Assembly: GCF_041146345.1 (NCBI RefSeq)
Contig: NW_027191411.1
Span: 806,001-870,000 of the forward strand
Length of the DNA stretch: 64,000 nt
DNA from: Neodothiora populina
Taxonomy: Eukaryota
Direction of reading: 5' to 3'
Part shown: positions 12,599 through 26,900 of the stretch, in pieces
Layout: every line of letters begins with the position of its first letter
Numbering within the stretch: the first letter of the stretch is position 1
The notes under the pieces: generated by a model
The model's input: only the letters and a program-made list of their open reading frames with translations
What the model was told of the DNA's origin: nothing
Database searches by the model: none
Translations under genes and position numbers: made by a program

Positions 12599-13807
12599 AT
12601 GCCTCCCAAGAAAGCCGCTGCCGCGCCCAAGAAGGCTGCCGGAGCTGCGCCTACTCACGCCAGCTACCAGGGTATGTGATGCATTGATATCTAGACAACC
12701 ACAACATTGATCGCGTTGAATCGCACTTGTTTTCTGCTTGTCGCAAGCACCTGCTAATCACCCTTCTGCAGATATGATCAAGGAGGCCATCATGAACGTA
12801 AGTGAAAACATAGATGATGTTGTTTGAGATCGGGTCGCAACGCTGCTGCTTCGGGCGCACGGCGTTTCGACTGCTTTTCTTCACAACAAACCCACAACGG
12901 ATACTGGACCAGTACTGACGCATCTCGTAACTACAGCTCAAGGAGAAGGGTGGTAGCAGGTCAGTAATCCTTTTCTTTATTCTTGAACCCGCTGCTCTGA
13001 GCACAATCAGCGATCGAGTGGCGAAGTTGCCCCGCTGCAAGTCAATCTTGGAAACGGTTCGCTCACATGTCGATTGCAGTCGCCAAGCCATTAAGAAATA
13101 CGTCCTTGCAAACAACAACCTGGGAGGTGTCTCCGATGCCATGCTTAGCTCCCACTTCAACAAGGCCCTCACTCGCGGAAGTGAGACTGGTGTCTTCGAG
13201 CGCCCCAAAGGTATGTGCTATGTCCCTGACGATCCTAGACTTCAGAAAAGAAGCTAGCATCGGTCGGTGTCCTTGATCTTTCTGTGCTAATACTAGTTCA
13301 AGGTCCCTCTGGTCCCGTGAAGCTTTCAAGCAGTGTCAAGAAGGAGGCAGCAAAGGCCGCTTCGCCACCTACTGCTAAGAAGACTGAGGGCAAGGCTGCC
13401 CCTAAGAAGGCGGCTGCAAAGCCCAAGACTGAGGGCAAGGTCGCGCCCAAGAAGGCGGCTGCTAAGCCTAAGACTGCCGCAACCAAGGCCGCCCCTAAGG
13501 CTGCTGCTGCTACCAAGAAGGCTGCCCCTGCTAAGGCCACCAAGGCCAAGGCCAACAGCTCCAAGCCCAGAAAGAGCGCAACAGACGTAAGTTTATGTTT
13601 TACTATGCTGCTCAGTATCTTTGGCTGACCGGCAACAAGGCTCCTGCTGTCGAGGACAAGAAGCCTGTCGTCCTGGGCAAGACCAAGTCTGGTCGCGTCA
13701 CCAAGACCACGGCTTCCGCGCCCAGGAAGGCGGCCGGCACCAAGAAGGCACCCGCCGCAAAGAAGGCTGCACCCAAGAAGGCTTCGCCCAAGAAGGCAGC
13801 TGCCTGA
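12599..13807 (+). CDS. HHO1: Linker histone H1. Six exons: 12599-12671, 12772-12797, 12937-12959, 13080-13210, 13303-13586, 13640-13807
   Basis: Spliced product [46 protein letters not shown]...GVFERPKGPSGPVKL (H15 winged helix), followed by a K/A/P-rich tail. All five introns are GT-AG. Confidence 0.93.
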
Positions 13808-15074
13808 GCGTCAAGTCTGTAATGTTACGATTTTTTTCTAATTGTAGGGATGGGAAACGGGCGTAGATTGCTGGCGTCCGGTGTACCACGTGAGGGAGAT
13901 CTGATGAGATACCAGTGGTTGAGCTTTTCACGATACTTTGTTCTTCTTTTTTTCTCTTTTTTTCTTTTCTGCGGCTCTGGATGAACTTGAAGCTCTTTAC
14001 CCTCTCTCTCGCGCGCGTGTGTACTGGCGTTAATGGCACGGGTGGATACTGTAAGCATGAGAATGGAGAACCTCAGACCGACAAATGGTGCAGTATATAT
14101 CAGCATTGAAATTCGGTTTACATTTTGTCACACTTTGTCGTGAACAGGCTCGAGTCTGCCTGGATAGTGTTTCCTGAGAGTGCTGTGCCATCAAGCAGCT
14201 TTGCGCATACAGTACGACACGGGGGAGATGTTGATCGAACAGATTGAACAGGATCCGCAGATTATACGACGACGGCGCTGTCGCGGTGGACACACAACAC
14301 ACAGGCCTGGACTGGGTAGGAGATTAAGTCTCCACCAGCCGAGCATTGTAGTCGGGAGGGCTTTTACTATTCGGAGCTCGGGTTAAGGGTGGGCCGGTGG
14401 TCCCGTGTGATAAATTAAGTCACAGACACCGCCAAGACGACTCGCAAAATGAGGCTTGGGCGAGCACCAGCCAGCCATATCAGGTACTTGTAATGATGTG
14501 TGTAAGGTAAGACTAGGGCCAAGTAGCAGCCAGCCCTACGATGACTAGTCGTGCAAGAGCAATACGCGATCTTGCGTGGGTGCAGGAGTGCAGGAGTAAG
14601 GGCCTAATTAACACTAGAAAGTAAAGTAAGGATCCGTCTGTACTATTTAGTACAGTATATCAAGGTTGGCAGGAAAGATAATTACCGTAACTAAGGTACA
14701 GTAGGTACCTAAGATACAGGCGCAGCAACCACAAGCTGAACGTCCAACAGTCGAACGTCGTCAGGGTCCTGAATCTCTCACTTTCCACCTCACACACTCA
14801 TACTCACACTCACGACACGACCAATTCCCCAATTAATCCACTAAAATCAATCACCACATTGATTTCCGAGCGCATCCCTTTGCATTATTTCTCTTCGCCA
14901 TCTGCCGAGGAGTCCCATACTGGCGCGATCAAGGGCCCTCTCCGCTTGTCCAGGCGTGAAATCGGCGTAGCCGTCGAGCTGGCTTCTACCTCACCTCACC
15001 CAGTCCCAGAGGGGGACAGACTGGGCAAGGTGTCGTCTCCGCTCAATGGTGTGTACATGCTGCAAAAGTTCGAC

Positions 15075-15199
15075 ATGCCATCCTATGCCTCGGATTATGT
15101 AGACCGTTCCGACATGTCCAAATCCCCTTCTGGCGGCCTGACCCACGCCCAATCTTATTTACAGCACGAACGCTCGTCTGCAACACCACCACCAGCACC

Positions 15200-15234
<35 letters not shown>

Positions 15235-18225
15235 ATCAACAACCCCAGACCCAGCATAAATCCTCGCAATACTCATCTGTGCCGACAGACGGTAGACCTA
15301 CACCCGCCGTCGAAGATCTTCCGGGAGGGTGGCCCAAGCAGGCCAGCCCCTTGATGAATGGCGGCCCCTCTGGTCCGGATGGAGATGTCGCCTGGCCGCT
15401 GACCAACGGAGCCATCTACGATAACAGGAGTAACACTAGCCTCCGAGACCTGACGCCTTCCGGCAGAGAGAGCACGCGTTCTGTGAGATCCAAGAAAAGC
15501 ATCGGCATGGAGAGCGGGAAGCGATCGATGGAGTTGCCTGTCGTAGTCAAAACACCAAGCACAGATGAGGATGGCTATTTCTCCTCGGTACACTGGAACG
15601 GCAGCAGACCCAATGGTGTTTCCAAGTCTCCAATGTCCAGATCGAGTCATTCCGTGTCCAACGACGTAGGAACCGCCGTGTCTCCGCCCGCGACATCTCC
15701 CCCTGCCCTTCCTCCAGCACCAAGGTCTGTCAGCTTGGCAGCACTCCCTGCTGCGCCTGCCCCGCTGTCGCCCGTGCGTGAAAATGGCCAGACGACCGAC
15801 GACAGCATGCTTCGCGTACCGCAGTCTGCCCACCGTGCTTCCTCACCTCCCGCCTTCTCACAGGCTTCTTCTTCCATGGCCTCATTGTCGTCGGCGACCG
15901 CTCCGAATCGGCTAACACATCGAAACACCCTCGAGGTCCCCAAAGTGTCGCGCACCTCGAAGGATGGCGGCGCAGATGACGCGATTGCCTCTGCTACCGG
16001 TCGCTTCTCACCATCGACTCCTAGCAGGAGGCGTGGCTCTTCACAGCTGGTCCGCCGAGCGACGCGTTCCATCAATTCCGATGCCCATCTAGACGAGTTG
16101 GCGCAGGACGAGGATGCAGCTCGATGGACCGAGCACATCAAGCAGAAGAGAGCAAGTAAGCGGAAGCGCGATGATGACGACGATCGCGTTGTCGTGGGCA
16201 CCAAAGTTGATCAGAACCACGTCAACTGGGTCACGGCGTATAACATGCTCACTGGACTCCGCTTCACCGTAAGCAGAACCAATGCCAAAATCGACAGGGA
16301 ACTCACCGATGCCGACTTCTACGCGAAACACAAATTCTCCTTCGACATCACCGGAAACGAACTCACCCCCTCGGCCAAGTACGACTTCAAGTTCAAAGAT
16401 TACGCTCCCTGGGTCTTCCGACACCTTCGTTCTATCTTTCAGCTCGACCCTGCAGACTATCTTGTTTCCCTGACATCCAAATATATCCTCTCCGAACTGG
16501 GCTCCCCAGGAAAGTCTGGCAGTTTCTTCTATTTCTCCCGCGATTACAAATACATCATCAAAACCATCCACCACGCCGAGCACAAGTTTTTGCGCAAAAT
16601 CTTGAAGCAATACTACGACCACGTCAGGGCTAATCCGAACACGCTACTGAGTCAGTTCTATGGTTTGCACCGAGTAAAGATTCCCTACGGCCGAAAAATC
16701 CACTTTGTTGTCATGAACAATCTGTTTCCCCCGCATCGAGACATCCACAGAACGTTTGATCTCAAAGGCAGCACTATCGGCCGAGACTTCAAGGAAGAGG
16801 AGCTAGAGAAGAACCCTCGAGCCACCTTGAAAGACCTGAACTGGCTAAGGCGCAACCTGCACCTCGAATTCGGTCCGACGAAGAAGCATGCCTTTGTCGA
16901 GCAAATGCAACGTGACGTCGCTCTATTGCAGAAACTCAAGATCATGGACTACTCTCTGTTGGTCGGTATACACGACCTCGAGAGAGGAAACGAGGAAAAC
17001 CTGCGCGACAAGACGCTCCAGGTCTTCCAACCCGGGGGCAACAAGGCGGACGAGCAGGCTCATCCAAACATGCTGATGCGCACTCCCAGCAAGTTAGAGA
17101 ACGCTCGCAAGGCGAGAGAACTTCGACAACTCATCAAGAACGAGAGACCCGTCCCCATGGACCAGACCCTGGATAGGATGCCTGACTTCATGGCCGAGCC
17201 TAACAAGAAGAACTTTTACTTTTACAGCGACGACGGTGGATTCAGAGCGACGCACGAGGATGACACGTTAGGCGAGGAAATTTATTACCTGGGCATCATT
17301 GACTGCCTCACACATGTAAGGCTTCGTCGAACCTGCTCGCAAACGGATAAATGGCTGACTCAATTCACAGTATTCTTTCATCAAGCGTTTTGAGCACTTC
17401 TGGAAGGGCTTATCTGCGCCCGAATCGCAAATATCTGCGGTTCCCCCAGAACGATACGGTGACCGTTTCATCAAGTTCATCGCCGGCATAACTAAAACGC
17501 GTGAGCGCGCCGAGTACGAGAAAGAGCACCCCGAGGTCCTCGACCATGTGGGATCGCTTGCTCATCAAGTTCGCAAATCAGAAGGAACGATCGACGACCC
17601 GCAGCTGGCAGGGGTCAACATGACCGGCAACATTGACCGTGACGGCAACCCAATCGGTACCGACGCTGTCATGCGAAAGGCAGAGAAGCAAGCAGAGAAA
17701 AGCAAAAAGCATGGGGCATCCGAGGCTGATGTTCCTGAACGTTCTATCAGCGCCGTCAGAAACTCAGAGATTGATCGACAAGATATGGTCACTTTACCGG
17801 TCATCGGCGAAGCAGCTGAGAGTGGAAGTGCAACTTCAGCAGCCATGACTCCTCATGGTTCAAAGGAGTCCCTCCGCGGTAGAAGCCCAGAGTCCCATCC
17901 TTCCTGGCCAGCGGTTTTAGGGAACGCAAACATGCCCAGTCGAAGTCTCGGCGAGGTGCCACCTCCGACGCCGCCAAAGTCAGACGGCCCGACGGTCAAT
18001 GGGGATTTCGAGGGTGCAAGAGTGCCCAGCAGGCCACCGCCGACACCGCCAAAGGATGACAAAGACAACAACAGCCTCAGTCGCAGCAGCACAAGGCTCA
18101 GCAGGTCAAGCTTGGACAAAGACCTGCCACCGGTGCCACACTCGACTGTCTCGCTGTCAAAGTCCCCAGAGCGGGCAAGCAAAGATGACCTGGAGTCTCT
18201 GAGAGTGCGGGTCGCAAACTTCTAG
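15075..18225 (+). CDS. MSS4: Phosphatidylinositol-4-phosphate 5-kinase. Exons ~15075-17315 and 17371-18225; alternative in-frame ATG at 15057
   Basis: PIPK motifs [41 protein letters not shown] and [24 protein letters not shown]-terminal polyQ from (CAA)11 at 15201-15233. Confidence 0.93.
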
Positions 18226-19732
18226 AGGAGATGCACAGTTCAGTCGCTCTAGTTGTGGCCACAAAGCGCTCCCCCGCATGGATGAAACCGTCGATTGATT
18301 GTCATGTTTGATTATCCCATCATTTGCGTCCTCTCTTATGTTGTTCTTCTTTTTCGTTGGGTGTCTCTCTAGCGTCGCCTTCTTTTTTCCCCGTCTTTGC
18401 ATTGCTGTTTGTATTCTTTCATACATATATGCTTATTCCCCCGAACCTCTTTTTTCTCTCACCAGAAAACCTCATCTGCCAACACTTGCCTGCCCTTTTT
18501 CCTGTATCCCGGTTTCTGTCTTGTTCTGCGTTTCATTTCCCCGTTGGGCTTTTTGTCATTGTTTTTTTTCTTACTTGCTCATCATCGATACCACTGCTGC
18601 GAGCATGCAAGACATCCTCCCGCGCCCCCCTTAACCCTTCCCGGTCGCTGCAGAGATGGAAATCGGTGGCTAGTTCCGTCAGCCTTATTACTGCTCGGAA
18701 GTCATAAGGCTACATGTTCGTCTCTGCGTCCTTCTTGTTCTATACAGAAGAAAAAGAAGGTGCCCGCTTCGCAATCGCCTTCCTCTAGCTCTGAAGAGTC
18801 CTCCCACACCCGCTCCCAGAATGTTTCTTAAATCTCTCTCTGGCTTCATCTCAGTCTCCTATATGTTTATCCCATAGGCGAATAATAGTGCAGAAAGCTA
18901 TATATATACCTCTCAGTCACGGACAGCACTGGTGCTCTTCTTCTTTTATTCTTTTTATAAGAAAAGAAAACGTGGGGGGCGCCATACGAGTCGGTCGGAC
19001 AGTTGTATAACCGGAACGTTATTCTGTTGTCGTTATCTGTCTTTAGCGTTGTCATTGTTTTCTGCTCTCCAGTGGGGCCTAGTGCTGTAGCCGAGAGACT
19101 TTGGAAAGAGTGTCTTGTTGTATGATTGTTCACAAATATAGAAAGTCTTTTCCTAGCCCCTTTTCCTTTTTCTTTCCTCGCAAAGCGTATAGCTATTGGT
19201 TCCTTTTTCGTGTTTTTCGAGAAGTGACCTTCTGAAAGGGACAGAGATAGCAAGACATTTGATTGGATGGGTTTTGTGGTAGACAGTATATTTATATATA
19301 TGCGAGATTGTAATGGTTTGGCAGCAAGGGAATTGGGTGTTTTGTACAGAGGTGGAGATGGTGGCGGCATCTCGGGTTGCTTTGCTGGTAATGCGTGGAC
19401 GTTGATGCGTAGGTCGGTCGGTCGGTCGATCAGTCTTGCTTCTCTTTGCTCGATCGTCTCGCCACTTCATCACTTGGAGACATGTTCGAAAGACGGCCAA
19501 GTGGGAGAGCAGACGCGTGATGCATCACATGCCTTCTCTGTATCTACGAACGCTGACCGAGGAAAATTGACATGGACTTCCAGAGACGACAGCGAAGTGT
19601 GAATTGAGAGGACTGTGTCACTGGAGTGAGTGGACCTCTCAGCATATGACTTGTGGCGGGGGCTTCGAGGACTCTTTTCTGCCAGGATAGTGCCACGACA
19701 GGAACGGACTCCTTCGGAAAAGTGAGAGCCGA

Positions 19733-20419
19733 CTACCACACCTTCCACCACGACTTGCCCGCGGCTTCCTTGTCGGCATTCAATTTAGCGTACACAGCTT
19801 GCTCCTCCTCTTCCTTCTTCTGCCTCCGTAGCTCCCTGGCCCTCTCCATGCGGGCTTCTTTCTGCTTGCGTTCGAGGCCCTTGCGGTCGATGATCTCGAT
19901 TGCGCGCTTCATGCCTTCTTTTTCGGCTCGGCGCTGGTACTGGCAGTATTGGTACATGGCGAAGGAGGAAATGCAGAAGGCGGACACGGCGTAGTTGCAT
20001 GATGTCATGATTGGCGCTGGAATGGATCAGTCTTCGCCGCGTCTCGTTTGTTCGAGTGACTGCGATTCAAATCAACAGGCAAGGATTATAAGAATGCACA
20101 TACCTCTCCACACCGCTCTGACGCTCCCGACAGCAGCGCCGGCTCCGATTCCAGTAAGGTACGAATCCTTGACGCAAGGCTTGCGGTGGAACGTGGTCCA
20201 GTCCTCGCGCTTGATTGATTTCGCAGCATCCACGAGCCCAATGTCGACGGTCTTGCCCCCCGCCGTGTGTTCGGTGCCGCCGGGCATCAGGTTGGCGTTC
20301 TCGGGCGGCTTGTAGGATGGCGCTGCTGTGGTCCATTGGTCGCCTCGGAAGGCTTTGTCTGTCGTGTCGCCATTGTGTTGTTGTGGTTGCTGTTGTTGCC
20401 TTGTGTCGTCTGCCATCAT
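19733..20419 (-). CDS. COX20: Cytochrome c oxidase assembly protein Cox20. Exons 20419-20104 and 20016-19733
   Basis: PCVKDSYLTGIGAGAAVG...SCNYAVSAF...YQYCQYQR matches the Cox20/FAM36A pattern. Intron GTATGT..CTGAT..CAG. Confidence 0.85.
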
Positions 20420-20633
20420 GATTGTGGCTTTTTGTGGGTATAATAGGGGAAAGAGTGATGTTTCAATTAGTACGCGATATAAAGAAATTGTTGGAGGATA
20501 TCGGAGTCTATGATCGCATACCATTAACTGTACTGTACTTCAGCCCTACCAGGTATCGTATCTCAGGGTCTGGACGCTCGGACTCTTCTATCGAATCAAT
20601 TAAAGAATTAAAGAAGAACGAGAAGCGAAGGGA

Positions 20634-20698
20634 ACGCGAGTAAATTGACTAACGCGAAAGAGACGCGTCAAGCCCTATTCGTTGATGGGAAAACGCGT
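20634..20698. promoter_or_regulatory. Cluster of MCB/SCB-like cell-cycle elements upstream of POL2
   Basis: ACGCGA at 20634, ACGCGAAA at 20652, ACGCGT at 20663 and 20693, all ~280-350 bp upstream of the POL2 ATG. Confidence 0.7.
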
Positions 20699-20981
20699 GC
20701 CATTTCGTGTTCCTTAGTCCTCGAATTGTTTTCCGTATAGTTCGCCCATTATTGTTGTCACAACCACTGCCACTGTCAATCTTTACATGCTCCAGGCCCT
20801 TTACGACTTCAGGAACAGCTGTGATACAAAAAGCTGTTTCTTGTCCACGATTCCATTGACGATATCATACACATGAACATAGACATAATTGCTATGGTTT
20901 GAGCAGAAACATCCGAGTCTCCTAATCTCCTGACAAAAAGGCCTCTCACTCGATCACATATCACCATTTCTTCTCCTCATC

Positions 20982-23900
20982 ATGGCAGGAGCACCTAAGC
21001 CCGGCCAGTTCCGCCGCGCGGGCAAAAATGGACAGACCTCATATGGAGGCCCACGGAAACCAAAGACAGTCGACGCCTCGTCGCTGCGTGCATCCGAGCA
21101 GTCTTCGCTCAACGAGAAACTCGAAGCCACGCGGCTGGCCCACCGCATCGATGAGACAATGGGCTTCGAGCGCTTCGAGGCCGGCAAGAAGAGGGAAGGC
21201 TGGTTGGTCAACATGCACAGTACCAGCATCGAGGACTCGAAGATACCCGGTGGTCGCGCGGGCGTTGACTACTACTTTCTTCACGACGACGGATCCACTT
21301 TCAAAGCCACGGTCGAGTACGATCCCTATTTTCTGATCGCCTGCAAGAGGGGCAAAGAGCAAGAGGTGGAGGAATGGTGTCGCAGGAGTTTCGAGGGTCT
21401 GGTCAAGACGGTCAAGAGGATAGATAAGGAGGACCTTTCCATGCCGAACCACTTGCTCGGGTACCGCCGTAACTTCCTCGCGCTGTACTTTGCCAATGTC
21501 AACGACCTGCTGGCTGTGAGGAGGGGAATCGCGCCGATAGCAGAGAAGAACAAGAGCAAGATGAATGCCATGGACACTTACGCCGAGGTTGCGAGCGCCA
21601 ATGCTGGCATCGACATGTTTGACGACGATATGGAGAATGAGAAACGACCGAACAGTGTACTGGATGCGAGCGACTACATTGTCGACGTGCGCGAGTATGA
21701 TGTGCCATATCATGTACGAGTCGCCATAGATATGGACATTCGCGTGGGAAAGTGGTATGTCGTCGAGGCCAAGCACGGCCATATCACACTCACATGCAAC
21801 GAAGAAAGGCTACAACGTGCGGATCCCATCGTGCTAGCCTACGATATCGAGACGACCAAACTACCTCTCAAATTTCCTGACGCCGCTATCGACCAGATCA
21901 TGATGATTTCCTACATGATTGACGGTCAAGGCTTTCTCATCACCAATCGCGAAATTGTCTCCGAAGACATCTCTGATTTCGACTACACGCCTAAGCCCGA
22001 ATACGAGGGGCCATTCCTGATCTTCAACGAACCGGACGAGAGGGCAGTCATCGAACGTTTCTTCGACTGTATCAAGCAGGCTCGACCGACAATCATCGTC
22101 ACTTACAACGGTGACTTTTTCGATTGGCCTTTCGTCGAGGCGCGAGCGAGCATACACGGCATCGACATGTACCAGGAGATTGGCTTCCGCAAGAACAGCG
22201 AAGACATATACCAGTCTAACTACTGCGCGCACATGGACGCCTTTGCCTGGGTCAGTCGTGACAGTTACCTGCCCCAGGGAAGTCGTGGTCTCAAAGCCGT
22301 CACAGTCGCAAAGCTCGGGTACGATCCTGATGAGCTGGATCCTGAACTCATGACTCCTTATGCTGCCGAGAAGCCGCAGATCCTGGCAGAGTACTCTGTC
22401 TCCGACGCTGTCGCCACATACTACCTCTACATGAAATACGTCCACCCTTTCATCTTTTCCCTGTGTACGATTATTCCTCTCGGACCAGACGACGTCTTGC
22501 GCAAAGGTACGGGAACCCTTTGTGAGATGTTGCTCATGGTTCAAGCCTACCAGAAGGAGATTGTTCTACCCAACAAACATCAAGCGCCGCGAGAGGCTTT
22601 CTGGGAAGGCCATCTTCTCGAGTCCGAGACGTACGTAGGAGGTCACGTCGAGAGTATCGAGGCTGGAGTCTTCCGCAGCGATATCCCTTGCAACTTCGCC
22701 ATCGATCCTACCGCCATTGACGAGTTACTCGAGGATCTCGACGCAGCTCTGAAGTTCAGTATCGTGGTCGAAGAGAAGAAATCCATGGACGATATTGCGA
22801 ATTACGATGAAGTCAAGGCCCAGATCGTGGAGAAGCTGCTGCAGCTGAAGAACATACCGAATCGCAACGAACGCCCTTCCATTTACCATTTGGACGTCGC
22901 TTCCATGTATCCAAACATCATGACGACGAATCGTCTGCAACCTGACTCTATGATCCAAGAGTCTGACTGTGCTGCGTGTGACTTCAACAGACCAGGCAAG
23001 ACGTGTGACAGGAGGATGCCCTGGGCTTGGAGAGGCGAGTTCTTACCTGCGAAGCGTGACGAGTACAACATGATTCGGCATTCGCTGGAAAACGAAAAAT
23101 TCCCTGGTAAATACAAGAGCACCCTCACACGAACGTTCCAGGACCTCTCTCTCGACGAACAAGCCGGCTTCGTCAAGAAAAGATTGCAGGACTACAGTAA
23201 GAAGATCTACCACAAGATCCACGACGCGAAGACCATTGAGAGGGAAGCCATTATCTGTCAACGAGAGAATCCCTTCTACGTGGACACTGTCAAAGACTTC
23301 AGAGATCGTCGATACGACTTCAAGGGCAAGCAGAAGGTCTGGAAGGGAAAGACTGACGAGCTCAAGAAGTCTGGTGCGAGTGCAGTGGAAGTGGAAGAGG
23401 CGAAAAAGATGATCATCCTCTTCGACTCTCTACAATTGGCTCACAAGGTCATTCTGAACAGTTTTTACGGTTATGTCATGCGAAAAGGGTCGAGATGGTA
23501 CTCTATGGAGATGGCTGGTGTCACTTGTTTGACAGGCGCGCGGATCATTCAGATGGCTCGACAACTTGTAGAGAGGATCGGACGACCGCTCGAACTGGAC
23601 ACGGACGGTATTTGGTGTATCCTGCCAGCGACTTTCCCGGAAAACTTCGCGTTCAAGATGAAGAACGGAAAGAAGGTCACCATCTCATATCCCTGTGTCA
23701 TGTTGAATCACCTCGTTCATGCAAAATTCACAAATCATCAGTACCAAACACTGGTCGACCCAGGAACGTTCAAGTACGAAAGTCACAGCGACAACACCAT
23801 CTTCTTCGAGGTCGATGGACCGTATAAGGCTATGATCCTGCCCACCTCGAAAGAGGAAGACAAGAACTTGAAAAAGCGATATGCGGTCTTCAATCACGAT

Positions 23901-26900
23901 GGCAGTCTTGCTGAGCTCAAGGGTTTCGAGGTGAAGCGTCGTGGAGAGCTGAAGCTCATCAAAATTTTCCAGACACAAATCTTCAAGTTCTTCCTGGAAG
24001 GAACGACGCTGGAGGAGACGTATGGAGCAGTGGCCAAGGTCGCCAATCGATGGCTGGACGTGTTGCACTCTCACGGATCCACTCTTGCGGACGAAGAGCT
24101 GATCGACCTCATTTGCGAGAACAAGAGCATGACCAAGACGCTGGAGGAATACGGTGCTCAGAAATCCACTGCCATCACCACTGCAAAACGTCTTGCCGAG
24201 TTTCTCGGAGAGCAGATGATCAAGGACAAGGGTCTGAACTGCAAGTACATTATTTCATCTCGTCCGAAAAACTCCCCTGTCACCGAACGTGCCATCCCAG
24301 TCGCCATCTTCTCCTCCGAAGAGTCCGTCAAGAGACACTTCCTGAGAAAGTGGATGAAGGAGGACCCTGAAGATATGGATCCTCGCACCATCATCGACTG
24401 GGATTACTACCTCGAGCGTTTGGGGTCTGTGATCCAGAAGCTCATCACCATCCCTGCTGCACTTCAGAAGGTCCGCGACAATCCTGTCCCTCGTGTAGCT
24501 CACCCCGAGTGGCTCAATCGACGTATTCGAATCAAGGACGATGTTTTCAAGCAGAAGAAAATGACCGATCTTTTTGTTAAGAAACCATTGGCTGAGGCGG
24601 AGCTCAATACACTCGACAGCCGCTTGGGTGGTGACCTTGAAGACTTTGGTTCGCAGTCGTTGACTAAGTTCAACCGCAAGGCCATCGCCACCAAGGTGCC
24701 GGCGTCACAAAAACGCAAGGCAGCTGAAGCGTCAGCACCTGCGCCAGTCAACCCCTTCGATAGTCTGCCACCGAACATGCCCTCGATCACCGAGGACTAC
24801 GAAGGTTGGCTGCAGTATCAGAAGAAGAAATGGAAGATCCAAAAACAGGCAAGGATTCGACGCCGCCAGCTCTTCGGAGAGCGAAGAGTGGACAACACGG
24901 ATGCCATTGGCAACATGTTCAGAATTCAGAGCGAACTCGCATACACATCTACTTGGCAGGTGCTGCAATTGTGCGAGGGTGAGAGCCCAGGCGAGGTCAA
25001 GGCTTTTGTCTTGATTGACAAGAAAGTCCATCAGCTCAAGGTCATCGTTCCACGCCAGGTCTTCCTCAACCTGAAGGGAGATGAGCTGCCTAATGTTTCT
25101 GTCGACGGTGTCAGTGTGGAGAAGGTCACAAATCACACCTTGCCTAACGGTCATCCCTCCGTGCACTTGTTCAAGTTGAGCATGCAGGAGTCGGTGTTCA
25201 TTCACGAAGCTGACAAACTTTCCGAGCTATTCAGTCATCCCAGTGTCGAGGGCGTGTATGAGAGTCAGGTTCCTTTGGATGTCAGGGCATTGCTCACCCT
25301 TGGAAGCACTTGCACATTTGACGAGAGCCAGCGAGGAGTACTTGGAAAGGGTATCACTCATGGCTTTGACCTTTCCGCGCTTCATCATGTGGCATCGAAG
25401 CAGCCATATCTCACTCAATCGCCGCTCACATATCTTTATCTCTATCATGTGATCGCTGGTGAACGCCAGGTCTTTGCTCTCTTCTCGACCACCCGCAAGG
25501 AGGCATATATCGTTGTGCTCAACAAGTCACGCGCTGATCAAGGCATGCCCAACGTCGACAAGATCTACCACGACATGCTCGCGAAGCGACTTGAAGAGGC
25601 TGGTGGCGACCAATGGCAGGACAATTTCGACTACCAGGACAACATACATTTCAAGACTGTACAAGTCACCACTAAAAAGAGAGCCCTGCAGGAAGTGAGC
25701 GATGTGTTGAAGAAGGTGCAAAAGGAAGAGTCTGGACCCCTGATGGTTGTCGTGCAATCGCAGCAGCCTAGACTATTGAGACACGATTTGCCAGCACTTC
25801 AGAGTCTCCCAACGTTACCGCTCAAATCGGATGAGGATGATAAGCAACTCCCACCGCTTGGCTGGCAATCCTTTGTTGCGAAACGTTTGGTGGGTCACTA
25901 TCTGGACCTTGGTTCATGGATCTCGCATCTTGTCGAACTCAGTCGGTACGGCAATATCCCTCTTTGCAATCTGGAAAAGGACGATCCACGCTTCCTCATC
26001 GACATTGAATACGCGCGTCGGTTGCAGAAGGAAAAGGTTGTCTTGTGGTGGTCCGCCAATCCTAGACCTGACCATGCCGGATACGAGAAAGACGATATTC
26101 TTGGTGCTATGGAGACTGTCGATATGCCTTCGGTGAACACACCCGGAACTTATTCGTCTGTGTGCATTGACCTGAGCGTCAAGAACCTGTCGATCAACAC
26201 CATTCTTTGCTCAGCAATCCTAAATGATGCTGAGGGTAGCGACTCGATGGGCCTCTCTGTACCTGACCCTGGTGAAGAAAGTGTTGCAGAGTTGTCGCAC
26301 GCCCAGAACGAGAACTCCTTCGCCGCAGCCGGCATCATCGCGTTACGAGAGATGGTCAAGGCTTGGTGGGAAGAGGCATGTCGCGGAGGTGGTATGGCCG
26401 ACGTCATGGTCCAACACCTCGTCCGTTGGATTGAGAGCCCAGGGTCTTATCTGTACGACAAGTCGCTGCACTACTATGTGCAAATGATGTCTCGCAAGGC
26501 ACTGCAGCAGCTCATGTCCGAATTCCGAAGAGTCGGTTCACATGTCGTCTTCGCCAGTGCCAATCGACTGCTTCTGCAGACCACCAAAGCAGAGGTTGGA
26601 AACGCGTACGCTTACAGTCAGTATATTTTGAAGACGGTCAACGCGAAGCCGTCATTCAACTTCCTTGACCTGGCGATCACGGAGTACTGGGACTACCTGG
26701 TATGGTATGATGAGTTCAACTATGGCGGAAAGGGATGTACCGAAGTCGTCGAGGCTGATAACCAGACTCTCAACACTATCATGGAGTGGCAGATTGGGAC
26801 TTTCCTACCGCCTATCCTCCAGCCTGTGTTTAATGATTGGATAGTCGAGTATATTGAACTTATGCACAATCGGAAGCGACCATCGAACGGACTACCGAAT

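Noticed and set aside
18299..19602. Hydrophobic or Lys-rich ORFs between MSS4 and COX20 (also 49551-50096 and 58340-58792)
   Set aside because: They arise from T-rich or A-rich 3'-UTR/terminator sequence, mostly have non-ATG starts and show no motifs.
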